Of a stretch of DNA of 64,000 nt, positions 35,240-43,311 are shown piece after piece. The notes under the pieces were generated by a model. It ran no database searches. It was not told the DNA's origin and saw nothing but the letters and a program-made list of their open reading frames with translations. The translations under genes and the position numbers were made by a program. The first letter of the stretch is position 1, and every line of letters starts with the position of its first letter. The stretch covers positions 3,321 through 67,320 of the forward strand of contig CAZAJJ010000006.1 of NCBI GenBank assembly GCA_964485445.1. Direction: 5' to 3'. This DNA is from an uncultured Candidatus Saccharibacteria bacterium. Lineage in GTDB: Bacteria; Patescibacteriota; Saccharimonadia; Saccharimonadales; Saccharimonadaceae.

Positions 35240-36582
35240 TTTGATGACCTTTCGGCGAGGCGGAGATATTCGTTTCGGACGATGGTGGCGATTTTGGGGG
35301 CGGCGGCGGCGATTTGTTCTTCGGTATTGGTTGGGCCGAGAGAGATGCGGAGGGAGCCGGCAATTTCGGAGTCAGAGAGACCGATGGCGGTGAGGACATG
35401 GGATTTGCTGCCTCTACTCGCGGCGCAGGCAGCGCCAGTTGAGACTAAGATTCCCTCGGCTTCAAGTTTATAGATTAGTCGTTCGGCATCAAGTCCAGGA
35501 AAACAAACAGGGACAAAACTGGTAAGTTGATGTTTAGAGTCGCCAAGGAAAAGGGGTTCGGGGATTTGAAAATGGGCGGTTTTTGAGTCAGAAAGGGCGG
35601 AAGAATGAAGTTTATGCTTGACTTTTTCGGAATTCTGTGCTACAATGGAGGTATCCGAAGAAACTTCGGCTAGGTTTTTGATGGCCTTACGCAAGATTTG
35701 GGCCATTTTTTGATATTCTTTGCGGTGATAGGCGAGATGAGATTTAGCCTCGGAAGCGGCGACGGCAAAACCGATAACGCCGGGGACATTTTCAGTACCG
35801 GAACGCAAACCGTGTTCTTGGCCACCACCGGCAACGAGAGGCTGGAGCGGGACGTGATGAGCGACATAGAGAGCGCCGACACCTTTGGGGCCGCCGCACT
35901 TAGCAGCGCTGATAGTGAGCAGATCAACGCCGAGGCGAGCGACATTCAAGTCAAGCAAAGTGAGTGCCTGAGAAGCGTCAGAATGGAGAAAAAGCGGGAG
36001 TTTGATTCCCTGCCGGAGACGGGACTCGCGAGCAGAACGAATGATTTCGGAAATCTCAGAGAAAGGCTGGATAGTGCCGAGTTCGTTATTGACGAGGGCA
36101 ATAGAGACGAGCGCGACATCATCAGTGAGCTGGGCGCGGAAATCGGCGAGGTTGATGAGGCCAGAAGGTTGGACACGGATGGTTTGGTGAGGATAGGCCT
36201 TGGCGGCGGAAAGGACGGCGGCGTGCTCAGTGGAAAGGGTGAGGAGCCGAGCAGAGGGATAAGCACGGAGGGCAGTGAAGGCGAGGTTGATCGATTCGGT
36301 GGAACCGGAGGTAATGATAAGGTCGGAACCTTTGGCGCCGATAATATGGGCGAGTTGATCCTTGGCGGATTCATAAGCGAGGCGGACATGCTTAGCGGGG
36401 AGATAGGGGGCGGAAGGGTTGAAAAATTCGGCGGAAAAATAGGGCTGCATAGCGGAGAGGGCGCGAGGAGTGACTGGAGTGGCAGCAGCGTGATCGAGAT
36501 AAACGAGATCTTCAGGGGCGGCAAAATTAGCGTCGGCTGAGCGCGGCGCTGAGGGAGTGGGCTGAGGATGCGAATTCGTCAT
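35236..36582 (-). CDS. Cysteine desulfurase (class V aminotransferase, NifS/IscS family) with internal insert
   Basis: LDHAAATP, SGSTESINL, HSDASQ and SAAKCGGPKGVG (PLP-Lys region), plus active-site loop GAACAS. Leaderless-type TATAAT 7 nt from the ATG. Confidence 0.85.
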   Translation of the reverse strand: MTNSHPQPTPSAPRSADANFAAPEDLVYLDHAAATPVTPRALSAMQPYFSAEFFNPSAPYLPAKHVRLAYESAKDQLAHIIGAKGSDLIITSGSTESINLAFTALRAYPSARLLTLSTEHAAVLSAAKAYPHQTIRVQPSGLINLADFRAQLTDDVALVSIALVNNELGTIQPFSEISEIIRSARESRLRQGIKLPLFLHSDASQALTLLDLNVARLGVDLLTISAAKCGGPKGVGALYVAHHVPLQPLVAGGGQEHGLRSGTENVPGVIGFAVAASEAKSHLAYHRKEYQKMAQILRKAIKNLAEVSSDTSIVAQNSEKVKHKLHSSALSDSKTAHFQIPEPLFLGDSKHQLTSFVPVCFPGLDAERLIYKLEAEGILVSTGAACAASRGSKSHVLTAIGLSDSEIAGSLRISLGPTNTEEQIAAAAPKIATIVRNEYLRLAERSSK

Positions 36583-36603
36583 AATTAATATTATACAATG
36601 TAG

Positions 36604-37560
36604 TTAAGCGAGATGATAAAGGTTTTGTTTAATAATTTGAAGATAGAGGCGAGCGGCGGCACGGAAATTGTCGAGCTCCCAGCCGTCAAGACGGACGTAT
36701 TTGCCGGCGGAGAGTTTTTTATAGACACCAGAGGGGCGGACTTCGTAGCGGACGATGAGTTGGTCGAGGGATTCAGGACTACCGGGCCAGTCTTCGTACC
36801 AAATCCAGACACCGGCTTGGTCATGGAAGAATTCGCGGCGATGGCCGGCGGGGATGGGGCCAAAAATCTGGCCGCCAAGATGAGATTCGGCATTGATAAG
36901 TTCGGCGCGGCTGTAGTGACGATGGAAGAAACGAGGCTTCGGAGGGGTATCGGCGGAGGTTTCGGCTTGGATATCATTTTCGGAGGCAGGTTTTTGAGCG
37001 ATAACAGTTTCTGATTTTTGAGAGATGGTCGTTTTTTGAGAGATGACTGATTCTTGAGTAAGCGCAGCTGTTTGGGCGGTGGCTTTCTGGGTAATAGTCG
37101 CAGAGAAATAGTGAGGTTTGCGATGGGGACGGATTTGGACGGAGACGTCGGCGAGGAGAAGTTGAGGGCGGTCAGGATGAGGCACCGCTACGGACGGAGA
37201 GGATGACGTAGCTGAGATAAGGGGCGAATTCTCCGGAAGAGATGTTGATGTAGCCAGCAGAGTTGTCGGCTCGACCGGAGAAGTTTCCGCCGGCAGAGTT
37301 GCTGGCTCGGATGGAGAAAATGAAGAAGCGGAGGCTGAGGGAGTTTGAAGATGGCAGCGAGAGCGCAGGCGAGCGATTTTTTGCTCGAGGCGATGGACCT
37401 TGTATTGAAGTTTAAGTTCAACTTGAGATGAAGGCTTAGAGGCGGCAGGTGAGTCGAGCGAGGAAATCTGAGAAGTCAAATGAGCGAGTTTTTGACGCAA
37501 AAAAGGGAGGCGAACCTGAGTCAGGTAGGTTTTACGGTGGGCTAGAGAGAGGCACGGCAT
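36604..37560 (-). CDS. Hypothetical protein (coiled-coil/low-complexity N-terminal half, conserved-looking C-terminal domain)
   Basis: 318-aa ORF. AAGGAG SD. Confidence 0.55.
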   Translation of the reverse strand: MPCLSLAHRKTYLTQVRLPFLRQKLAHLTSQISSLDSPAASKPSSQVELKLQYKVHRLEQKIARLRSRCHLQTPSASASSFSPSEPATLPAETSPVEPTTLLATSTSLPENSPLISATSSSPSVAVPHPDRPQLLLADVSVQIRPHRKPHYFSATITQKATAQTAALTQESVISQKTTISQKSETVIAQKPASENDIQAETSADTPPKPRFFHRHYSRAELINAESHLGGQIFGPIPAGHRREFFHDQAGVWIWYEDWPGSPESLDQLIVRYEVRPSGVYKKLSAGKYVRLDGWELDNFRAAARLYLQIIKQNLYHLA

Positions 37561-37659
37561 TTTTCAATCTCCTTGGCAATGCCCATAAGTTCATGATAAA
37601 CAGCCAACGACGCCGGCGTACGCGCATCAAGACTGCCAGGACCGGCGAAGGGTGACTGA

Positions 37660-38655
37660 TTAAAGTTGGAATATTTTTCTCGCATTTTGAGTAGTTTGCT
37701 CCATAACTAATGATTCTGCCACACCCAATTTCTCCGAGAGACAGCGCGCGATGACGGCGATGTACTCTGGTTTATTTATTGTACCACGGAACGGCACTGG
37801 AGTCAAGAAGGGAGCATCAGTTTCCAGAAGAATGCAATCGAGAGGCGGGAGCGGAGGGGTGGTATAAGTAAGCAGACCATTGACGCCGATGAAAAAATTA
37901 CGAGCAAGGGCGGCTTTGAGGTCTTTTTTGGAGCCAGTGAAGCTGTGGATGACGCCGGAAAGTTCAGGAAAATTGTCGAGAACTGCGAAAGCGTCGGTGA
38001 AGGCTTCGCGGATGTGGAGGGAGACGGGGAGGTGCAGGTCGCGGGCGAGTTGGAGCAGAGATTCGAAAAGGTGGATTTGGGCGGAGCGGGAGTAGCCAGG
38101 GTAATGGTAATCTAAACCGATTTCGCCGATGGCGACAAGATGACCCCCTCCGAGGCAAGCATTATTTTCTCGAGACCCACTCGCCAGCCCGCCTTCATCA
38201 ATAGTTACAGGGCAAGATTCTGGCTGATGATAAACTTTTTTCGTCAAGGTGACGTCGTCAAAATCGAACCCCCTACGGGGGCCGTGATTTTGACAGACGT
38301 CAGCCCGAGGAGTCAAGCTCCATTCCTCAAAAAGTTTATCATCGGCCAGCTTTCCGCCCTGATCACCACTAGCAAAGCGGTCTAAAATGTCGCTTCCGAA
38401 AAGATCATCCTTAGTTAGTTCCCTGACATCGTAATCGTTGGCGAATTCGGGGTGGATGCCGTAGGTCCAGAAGACGTTTTCGTGATTTTGAGAAAAAGCG
38501 GCAGCAGTCTCGGAGTCGGCGGGGTTAGTGCCAATGCAGATGATTTGCTGGACGTTATGAGACGCGGCGGAAACAAGAAAAACAGATTGCTGCTCGGGGG
38601 TGAAAAATTCAGGATCGTGAAGATGGCAATGAGTGTCGATGAGAAAATTACACAT
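37660..38655 (-). CDS. tatD: TatD-family metal-dependent hydrolase with ~75-aa insert
   Basis: DTHCHL, GIHPE, VAIGEIGLDYH, SLHIREA, VIHSFTG and ETDAPFL motifs. The insert lies between the GIHP and GEIGLD motifs. Confidence 0.85.
   Translation of the reverse strand: MCNFLIDTHCHLHDPEFFTPEQQSVFLVSAASHNVQQIICIGTNPADSETAAAFSQNHENVFWTYGIHPEFANDYDVRELTKDDLFGSDILDRFASGDQGGKLADDKLFEEWSLTPRADVCQNHGPRRGFDFDDVTLTKKVYHQPESCPVTIDEGGLASGSRENNACLGGGHLVAIGEIGLDYHYPGYSRSAQIHLFESLLQLARDLHLPVSLHIREAFTDAFAVLDNFPELSGVIHSFTGSKKDLKAALARNFFIGVNGLLTYTTPPLPPLDCILLETDAPFLTPVPFRGTINKPEYIAVIARCLSEKLGVAESLVMEQTTQNARKIFQL
38169..38197. repeat. In-frame repeat in tatD (typA-type element, partial)
   Basis: ctcgagacccactcgccagcccgccttca resembles 40871-40900. 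Encodes GGLASGSRE. Confidence 0.6.
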
Positions 38656-38661
38656 GAATAT

Positions 38662-38670
38662 ATTATAACA
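38662..38670 (-). promoter_or_regulatory. Extended -10 (TGTTATAAT) 6 nt from tatD ATG
   Basis: attataaca at 38662-38670. ATG at 38655-38653. Confidence 0.5.
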
Positions 38671-38746
38671 GAAATCCTAAACTAAGCCTTCCGCTTCTGC
38701 TGACCCCCTTGATATTGATAAGTATATTATGACAGAAGTCCCCGGG

Positions 38747-39604
38747 CTAAGCCGGGGATTCGAGAGAAAGAGAGGACTCGGGCGCCGAGGAGGAATAAAA
38801 TTCTGGAAAGCGCTGCCGATAAAACCGATAGAGACGACGCAAAGTGCGCTTTTTGGGCGATTTGCGGGTAGGTTTCGCCATGAAATCATCGACAATTCTT
38901 TGGCTAAATTTGAAGCCGAACTCGGGCGGAAAAACTAGATATTGATGATGGTTTTCCAGAAAGGCATCAATGGGTTGCGGATTAAATACTACGTCAGTTT
39001 GATCTTTTGGCGTGAAGTATTTATAAAGCTCGACAAAAATCCAGGAAGTTTCGGGGCGCTGGAGGCGATCATGGAGAGTTTCCGTGTCAGGATGGCGCCA
39101 AAACTCGGTGTAGGAATAAACATGGCGGCGCTCTACTCGGAAAAGGCGGTTATAATGACGGCGCGGCACGATAAAAGGCCAAGTTAAAACCGGATCGACA
39201 ACCCACCAAATGCCGATTACTTTTACTTCAACCCAAGAATGCTCGGTTTGAAAATCGGACTTGCGGTCGCGAATAAAACCGCGGAGATATTTTGCGGAAT
39301 GATTATTCTTTAAGGCAAGCATAATGATTCCGGAAACGGTATAACAAAAGCCATCGTGATTAAAATCACCGAAACGCTTGAAGAATTTTTGGCAAAGCAT
39401 CGAATAGAGGTGATGCCCACAGAGATAAGCATTAGAAATCTGGATCAGAAAAGTGCGGCAGGCGGCGTAACGGATTTCTTGGTGATGACGAAGAATATAG
39501 ATTGTCAAATAAATGATAACGGGGATAAGCAGAAGGTCGAGGTAGAAAATGACTCGAACGAAAAGGGGTAACCGGCGGGCAAAATCAGATAGCCATGAAA
39601 ACAT
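38747..39604 (-). CDS. Membrane protein with transglutaminase-like Cys-His-Asp core
   Basis: N-terminal TM helix. GFCYTVSG (Cys), EHSWVEV (His), WVVDP (Asp). AGGAGAA SD. Confidence 0.6.
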   Translation of the reverse strand: MFSWLSDFARRLPLFVRVIFYLDLLLIPVIIYLTIYILRHHQEIRYAACRTFLIQISNAYLCGHHLYSMLCQKFFKRFGDFNHDGFCYTVSGIIMLALKNNHSAKYLRGFIRDRKSDFQTEHSWVEVKVIGIWWVVDPVLTWPFIVPRRHYNRLFRVERRHVYSYTEFWRHPDTETLHDRLQRPETSWIFVELYKYFTPKDQTDVVFNPQPIDAFLENHHQYLVFPPEFGFKFSQRIVDDFMAKPTRKSPKKRTLRRLYRFYRQRFPEFYSSSAPESSLSLESPA

Positions 39605-39667
39605 GAGGTTCTCCTTTCTTAAGGTACAAAAAGCCGAAATCGGCGAAGTTAGAGGTCTTCTCTTTCT

Positions 39668-39696
39668 ATTGTAGCGCAGGTTGATTATTTTGTCAA
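39668..39696 (-). promoter_or_regulatory. Promoter (TTGACA-N17-cgCTACAAT)
   Basis: -35 at 39691-39696, -10 at 39668-39673, spacer 17 nt. Confidence 0.65.
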
Positions 39697-39778
39697 GAGG
39701 AAAGGCAGGGTTTGAGGCGGTACGGGTTATTTTCAGGGAAATTTGGAGCAGTTTTAGGAAAAATAAGCAATTCTGGGG

Positions 39779-41779
39779 CTAATTCCGGGCGGCGCGCTTA
39801 CGCTTGATCGGATCGAGTTCGCGCTTGCGGAGACGGAGAGATTTCGGTGTGACTTCGAGAAGCTCGTCGTCAAGCAAGAAATCAATGCACTGCTCAAGCG
39901 AATATTGGGTATGCGGAGTGAGTTGGATGGCTCCGTCACTAGCATGCGTGCGCATGTTGGTGAGTTGTTTTTCCTTGCAGATGTTAATATCAAGGTCATC
40001 TTTTTTGTTAGAAAGGCCAACAATCATGCCCTGATAAACCGGGACGCCGGGCGGAATGAAGAGGATGCCGCGGGCTTGGGCGGCGTCGAGGGCGTAGGCA
40101 GTAGAAGTGCCGGGCTCAAAGGCGATCAAAGCACCGTTTCGCTCGGGGCGATACTTCCCTTCGACGGGACGATAACCGCTAGGAATTGAAGACATAATGG
40201 CGGTGCCTTTGGTGGCGGTGAGGAGATTATTGCGGAGGCCAATGAGAGCCGCGGTAGTGATATCGTAAGTAAAGCGAGTGCTGCCGGAACCGGTGATTTC
40301 TTGGCTCCTGAGATCGGCTTTGCGGATGCCGAGTTCTTGGCTGACGGCACCAACAAATTCAGGCTCAACTTCGACCGTAAGTTCTTCGACTGGCTCGCAT
40401 TTTTGGCCATCAATTTCTTTATAGACCACTTCAGGGCGACCAGTTTCCAGTTCGTAGCCTTCACGGCGCATGGTTTCAATCAGAACAGAAAGATGAAGTT
40501 CGCCACGGCCAGAAACTTTATAACCGAGACCGTCGGGAACGATTTTGAGAGCGATATTAGTTTCGAGTTCGCGCTCGAGGCGTTCGGCGATTTGGCGCGA
40601 AGTCGTAAATTCGCCTTCTTGACCTTTGAGCGGAGAGGTATTCGGGCCAATATAAATACTCAAGGTTGGCGGTTCGAGTTCGATAGTTGGGAGGGCTTCG
40701 GGATGGTCACCGGTGGCGATGGTGTCGCCGATGTTGGCTTGGGCGATACCCGAGATAGCGACGATGTCGCCGGCTTCGGCAGAATCGACTTCTTCGCGGC
40801 CGAGGCCTTTGTAGGTGAAGATTCGATCTATTTTACCAGTAATCCAAGTCACAGGGGAGACATCTTTGCGCTCGAGAGAACCACTCGCCAGCCCGTCTTC
40901 ACGGGTGTCTCCTTCTGCTCGCTCAGCTTTCGCTCGCTTTATTCTCTCTTGCGCAAAGTCGTCTCCCCCGTCGCTTGCAATGCTAGTAGCTAAGTTAGAT
41001 CCATTCTCCGCCCCAGCAAATTCGCGATCTTCGACCACAGCATCGCTATGCCCGATACGTACGGATTCGCCTTTTTTGAGGCGGCCGCGGAAGATTTTGC
41101 CGATGGCGTATTTGCCGAGATAATTATCAGCAGCGAGAGCGGCAACGAGGAGTTGGGCGCCCTTGCTGGAGTCGGTATCAACACGCGGAGCGGGGATTTC
41201 ATCGATGATGGCGTCAAAAATGACGTGCAAATCAGGGTCAAGATCAGTCGTTTTGCCAGCGCGACCGTCACGAGCGATGGCGTAATAGATCGGATAATTC
41301 AGTTGAGACTCGTCGGTCGCCAGTTCGAGGAAGAGGTCGGCAATTTCACTTTCGACTTCAGGAATGCGAGCGGCGGGTTTGTCGATTTTGTTAATAATAA
41401 CGATGGGCTTAAGTTTCAGGGCGAGAGCCTTTTGGAGGACGAATTTAGTCTGGGGCATGGGGCCTTCTTGGGCATCGACCACGAGAATAACGCCGTCAGC
41501 CATATTCAAAGTGCGCTCGACTTCGCCGGAAAAGTCGGCGTGACCCGGGGTGTCGATAATGTTGATTTTATGGTCTTTGTAAAAAACAGAAGTTTGTTTA
41601 GCGGTGATAGTGATGCCGCGCTCATGTTCCTGGTCCATGGAGTCCATAATGAGGGTCTGGGACATTTCGGCTTGATTGTCACGGAAGGTATGAGATTGCT
41701 TCAAAAGCGCATCGACGAGGGTAGTTTTGCCATGATCGACGTGCGCAATGATAGCGATGTTACGAATGTTATTAGTCAT
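39779..41779 (-). CDS. typA: Translational GTPase TypA/BipA with ~50-aa insert
   Basis: AHVDHGKTT, DTPGHADF and NKID G-motifs. BipA-type C-terminus. The insert (AGAENGSN...EDGLASGSLERK) carries the hairpin repeat. Confidence 0.9.
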   Translation of the reverse strand: MTNNIRNIAIIAHVDHGKTTLVDALLKQSHTFRDNQAEMSQTLIMDSMDQEHERGITITAKQTSVFYKDHKINIIDTPGHADFSGEVERTLNMADGVILVVDAQEGPMPQTKFVLQKALALKLKPIVIINKIDKPAARIPEVESEIADLFLELATDESQLNYPIYYAIARDGRAGKTTDLDPDLHVIFDAIIDEIPAPRVDTDSSKGAQLLVAALAADNYLGKYAIGKIFRGRLKKGESVRIGHSDAVVEDREFAGAENGSNLATSIASDGGDDFAQERIKRAKAERAEGDTREDGLASGSLERKDVSPVTWITGKIDRIFTYKGLGREEVDSAEAGDIVAISGIAQANIGDTIATGDHPEALPTIELEPPTLSIYIGPNTSPLKGQEGEFTTSRQIAERLERELETNIALKIVPDGLGYKVSGRGELHLSVLIETMRREGYELETGRPEVVYKEIDGQKCEPVEELTVEVEPEFVGAVSQELGIRKADLRSQEITGSGSTRFTYDITTAALIGLRNNLLTATKGTAIMSSIPSGYRPVEGKYRPERNGALIAFEPGTSTAYALDAAQARGILFIPPGVPVYQGMIVGLSNKKDDLDINICKEKQLTNMRTHASDGAIQLTPHTQYSLEQCIDFLLDDELLEVTPKSLRLRKRELDPIKRKRAARN
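40871..40909. repeat. In-frame hairpin repeat in typA
   Basis: ctcgagagaaccactcgccagcccgtcttcacgggtgtc. The 5' part matches tatD 38169-38197. The hairpin cagcccgt-cttc-acgggtg matches intergenic 31541-31565. Confidence 0.65.
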
Positions 41780-41787
41780 ATCTATCC

Positions 41788-41816
41788 ATTATAGCACACA
41801 TGGTTATTTTTGTCAA
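41788..41816 (-). promoter_or_regulatory. Consensus promoter (TTGACA-N17-TGCTATAAT) 8 nt from typA ATG
   Basis: -35 at 41811-41816, -10 at 41788-41793, ATG at 41779. Confidence 0.7.
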
Positions 41817-41989
41817 TAGATTTTTGGGATTTTGGGGTTTCAGGGGTGATTAGGTTTCCTTCCTGGGGGTATCGACTGAGGTTTGAAGGCTAGGGGTTTG
41901 GGTTTTTGGAAGGGTTTGAGATTTGGGGGTTAAGTTTTTGGAATTGAGCCCCTTAAATTGGGTTCCTGGAGGCTTGGGGAAATTCTGGG

Positions 41990-42017
41990 TTGATATTTTG
42001 GGGATTATTGATATAAT
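41990..42017 (+). promoter_or_regulatory. Promoter (TTGATA-N16-TGATATAAT) for tRNA-Leu
   Basis: -35 at 41990-41995, -10 at 42012-42017. The tRNA starts at 42032. Confidence 0.65.
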
Positions 42018-42031
42018 GATGGTAGTTCCCT

Positions 42032-42121
42032 GCGCCCGTGGTGGAATTTGGTAGACACGCTACCTTGAGGTGGTAGTGGCGATTTTAAGCTGTGCTAGTT
42101 CGAGTCTAGTCGGGCGCACCA
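42032..42121 (+). tRNA. tRNA-Leu (anticodon GAG), class II long variable arm, CCA encoded
   Basis: Acceptor gcgcccg/cgggcgc, anticodon stem ctacc/ggtag with loop ttGAGgt, 17-nt variable arm, T-arm gctag-ttcgagt-ctagt, discriminator A + CCA. 90 nt. Confidence 0.9.
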
Positions 42122-42126
42122 CACAA

Positions 42127-42149
42127 AAAGACCCCGTGGGGTTATTTTT
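42127..42149 (+). terminator. Terminator after tRNA-Leu
   Basis: Short hairpin accc-cgtg-gggt followed by tattttt. Confidence 0.5.
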
Positions 42150-42194
42150 GTAGGTATTCCTAAGATTATTTGATAGGCTCATATTCTTAAAAAA

Positions 42195-43205
42195 CTAGAA
42201 CTGACGAGAAGAAATATTTGTAAAATGGCTAAACATCCCAGAATTGAGCGATACACTAATTCTATCCATTAACATTGATACTTGATCAGCATCGATTCCT
42301 GCAACATCTAGAAACTCCTTGGCTTTCGCGTACTGCAGTTCGCCAGCAAGATATCCCAAATTAGCTGGTATGTTCTTATTCCTAGAAAAAATGATAACCC
42401 TAGCATCCGGGCTACGAAGGCGCTCCGCTACTAGTTGCCACCAAGTCTGATCCGTTTTGCCTAGAGACATACCGAAGATGCAGATAATATTAGCGTTCGC
42501 GATACGCTTTGCACAATCCTCATCCCGCAGGGTCATACTATTTTTATTCGCGATTGGTTTTATGAGTCTATGCTTTACTCTCTCATGCCTACCTATGTTG
42601 TCACAGCAAACAATTTGCGATGGATTATCCACGCCCAAAATCATATGCTCTTGCGTTGTACCATGTATGTGAGTAATCGAATTCAGGAAGGCATGACTGT
42701 GATTGCTGGAAATCGTCTCTATTGTACCACGCCAGTTATAAAGCCTTTCAAATGTGCTAGTGTAATTAAAGTTAATTACATCAATATTGGTAGGGCCGCC
42801 AATGCGAGCCCTTAGTTTATCGAATGGCGCTCTAGCTCCCCTTGCAAGGAAGAAGTCTGGAGACATGAGGTAATGTATTGCATCATTATCTGGGCGAGAA
42901 TTAGAGGACATAACATTTTTTTGTTGTGAGTTAATGTATTTACCAAGTTCCAAAAGTATATCCATCCATAGCGAGAGATAATCCTCGTAATTTTTATCAG
43001 AAAAATTCTGAGCATATTTACCGAATGACACTTCAAAATCAGACCAGGCTTTATTGTTATTCTTAATTTTATCCAGAAAATTGCGCACATATGGTCGTTC
43101 ATCATTCGTGCGCATCGTGCCATAATATTCATAAAAATCGGTAAATTTCGTACGTAATCCAAGGTTTAGGTCGAAGCCATTGCCTATCATAAAAACGATA
43201 TTCAT
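42195..43205 (-). CDS. AbiH-like abortive-infection protein
   Basis: N-terminus MNIVFMIGNGFDLNLGLRTKFTDFYEYY matches the AbiH family signature (IGNGFDL..GL.T.Y.DF). 336 aa. Confidence 0.7.
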   Translation of the reverse strand: MNIVFMIGNGFDLNLGLRTKFTDFYEYYGTMRTNDERPYVRNFLDKIKNNNKAWSDFEVSFGKYAQNFSDKNYEDYLSLWMDILLELGKYINSQQKNVMSSNSRPDNDAIHYLMSPDFFLARGARAPFDKLRARIGGPTNIDVINFNYTSTFERLYNWRGTIETISSNHSHAFLNSITHIHGTTQEHMILGVDNPSQIVCCDNIGRHERVKHRLIKPIANKNSMTLRDEDCAKRIANANIICIFGMSLGKTDQTWWQLVAERLRSPDARVIIFSRNKNIPANLGYLAGELQYAKAKEFLDVAGIDADQVSMLMDRISVSLNSGMFSHFTNISSRQF

Positions 43206-43211
43206 GCTTCT

Positions 43212-43220
43212 ATTATACCA
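43212..43220 (-). promoter_or_regulatory. Extended -10 (TGGTATAAT) 6 nt from the abiH-like ATG
   Basis: attatacca at 43212-43220. ATG at 43205-43203. Confidence 0.5.
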
Positions 43221-43311
43221 CGAATATTAGCACTCTAGATCAAGATGTGCCAATGCATCCAGTTTTTCTATCTGTGATTACTTTAAAATATATGATACGC
43301 CTTTAATAGAG

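Noticed and set aside
42127-42149. Possible att-like direct repeats flanking the island: aaaagaccccg...ggggt occurs after tRNA-Leu and again at 49413-49435.
   Set aside because: Both are ordinary terminator hairpins and the shared part is essentially the stem. I found no copy of the tRNA 3' end at the distal border and no integrase, so integration boundaries remain undefined.
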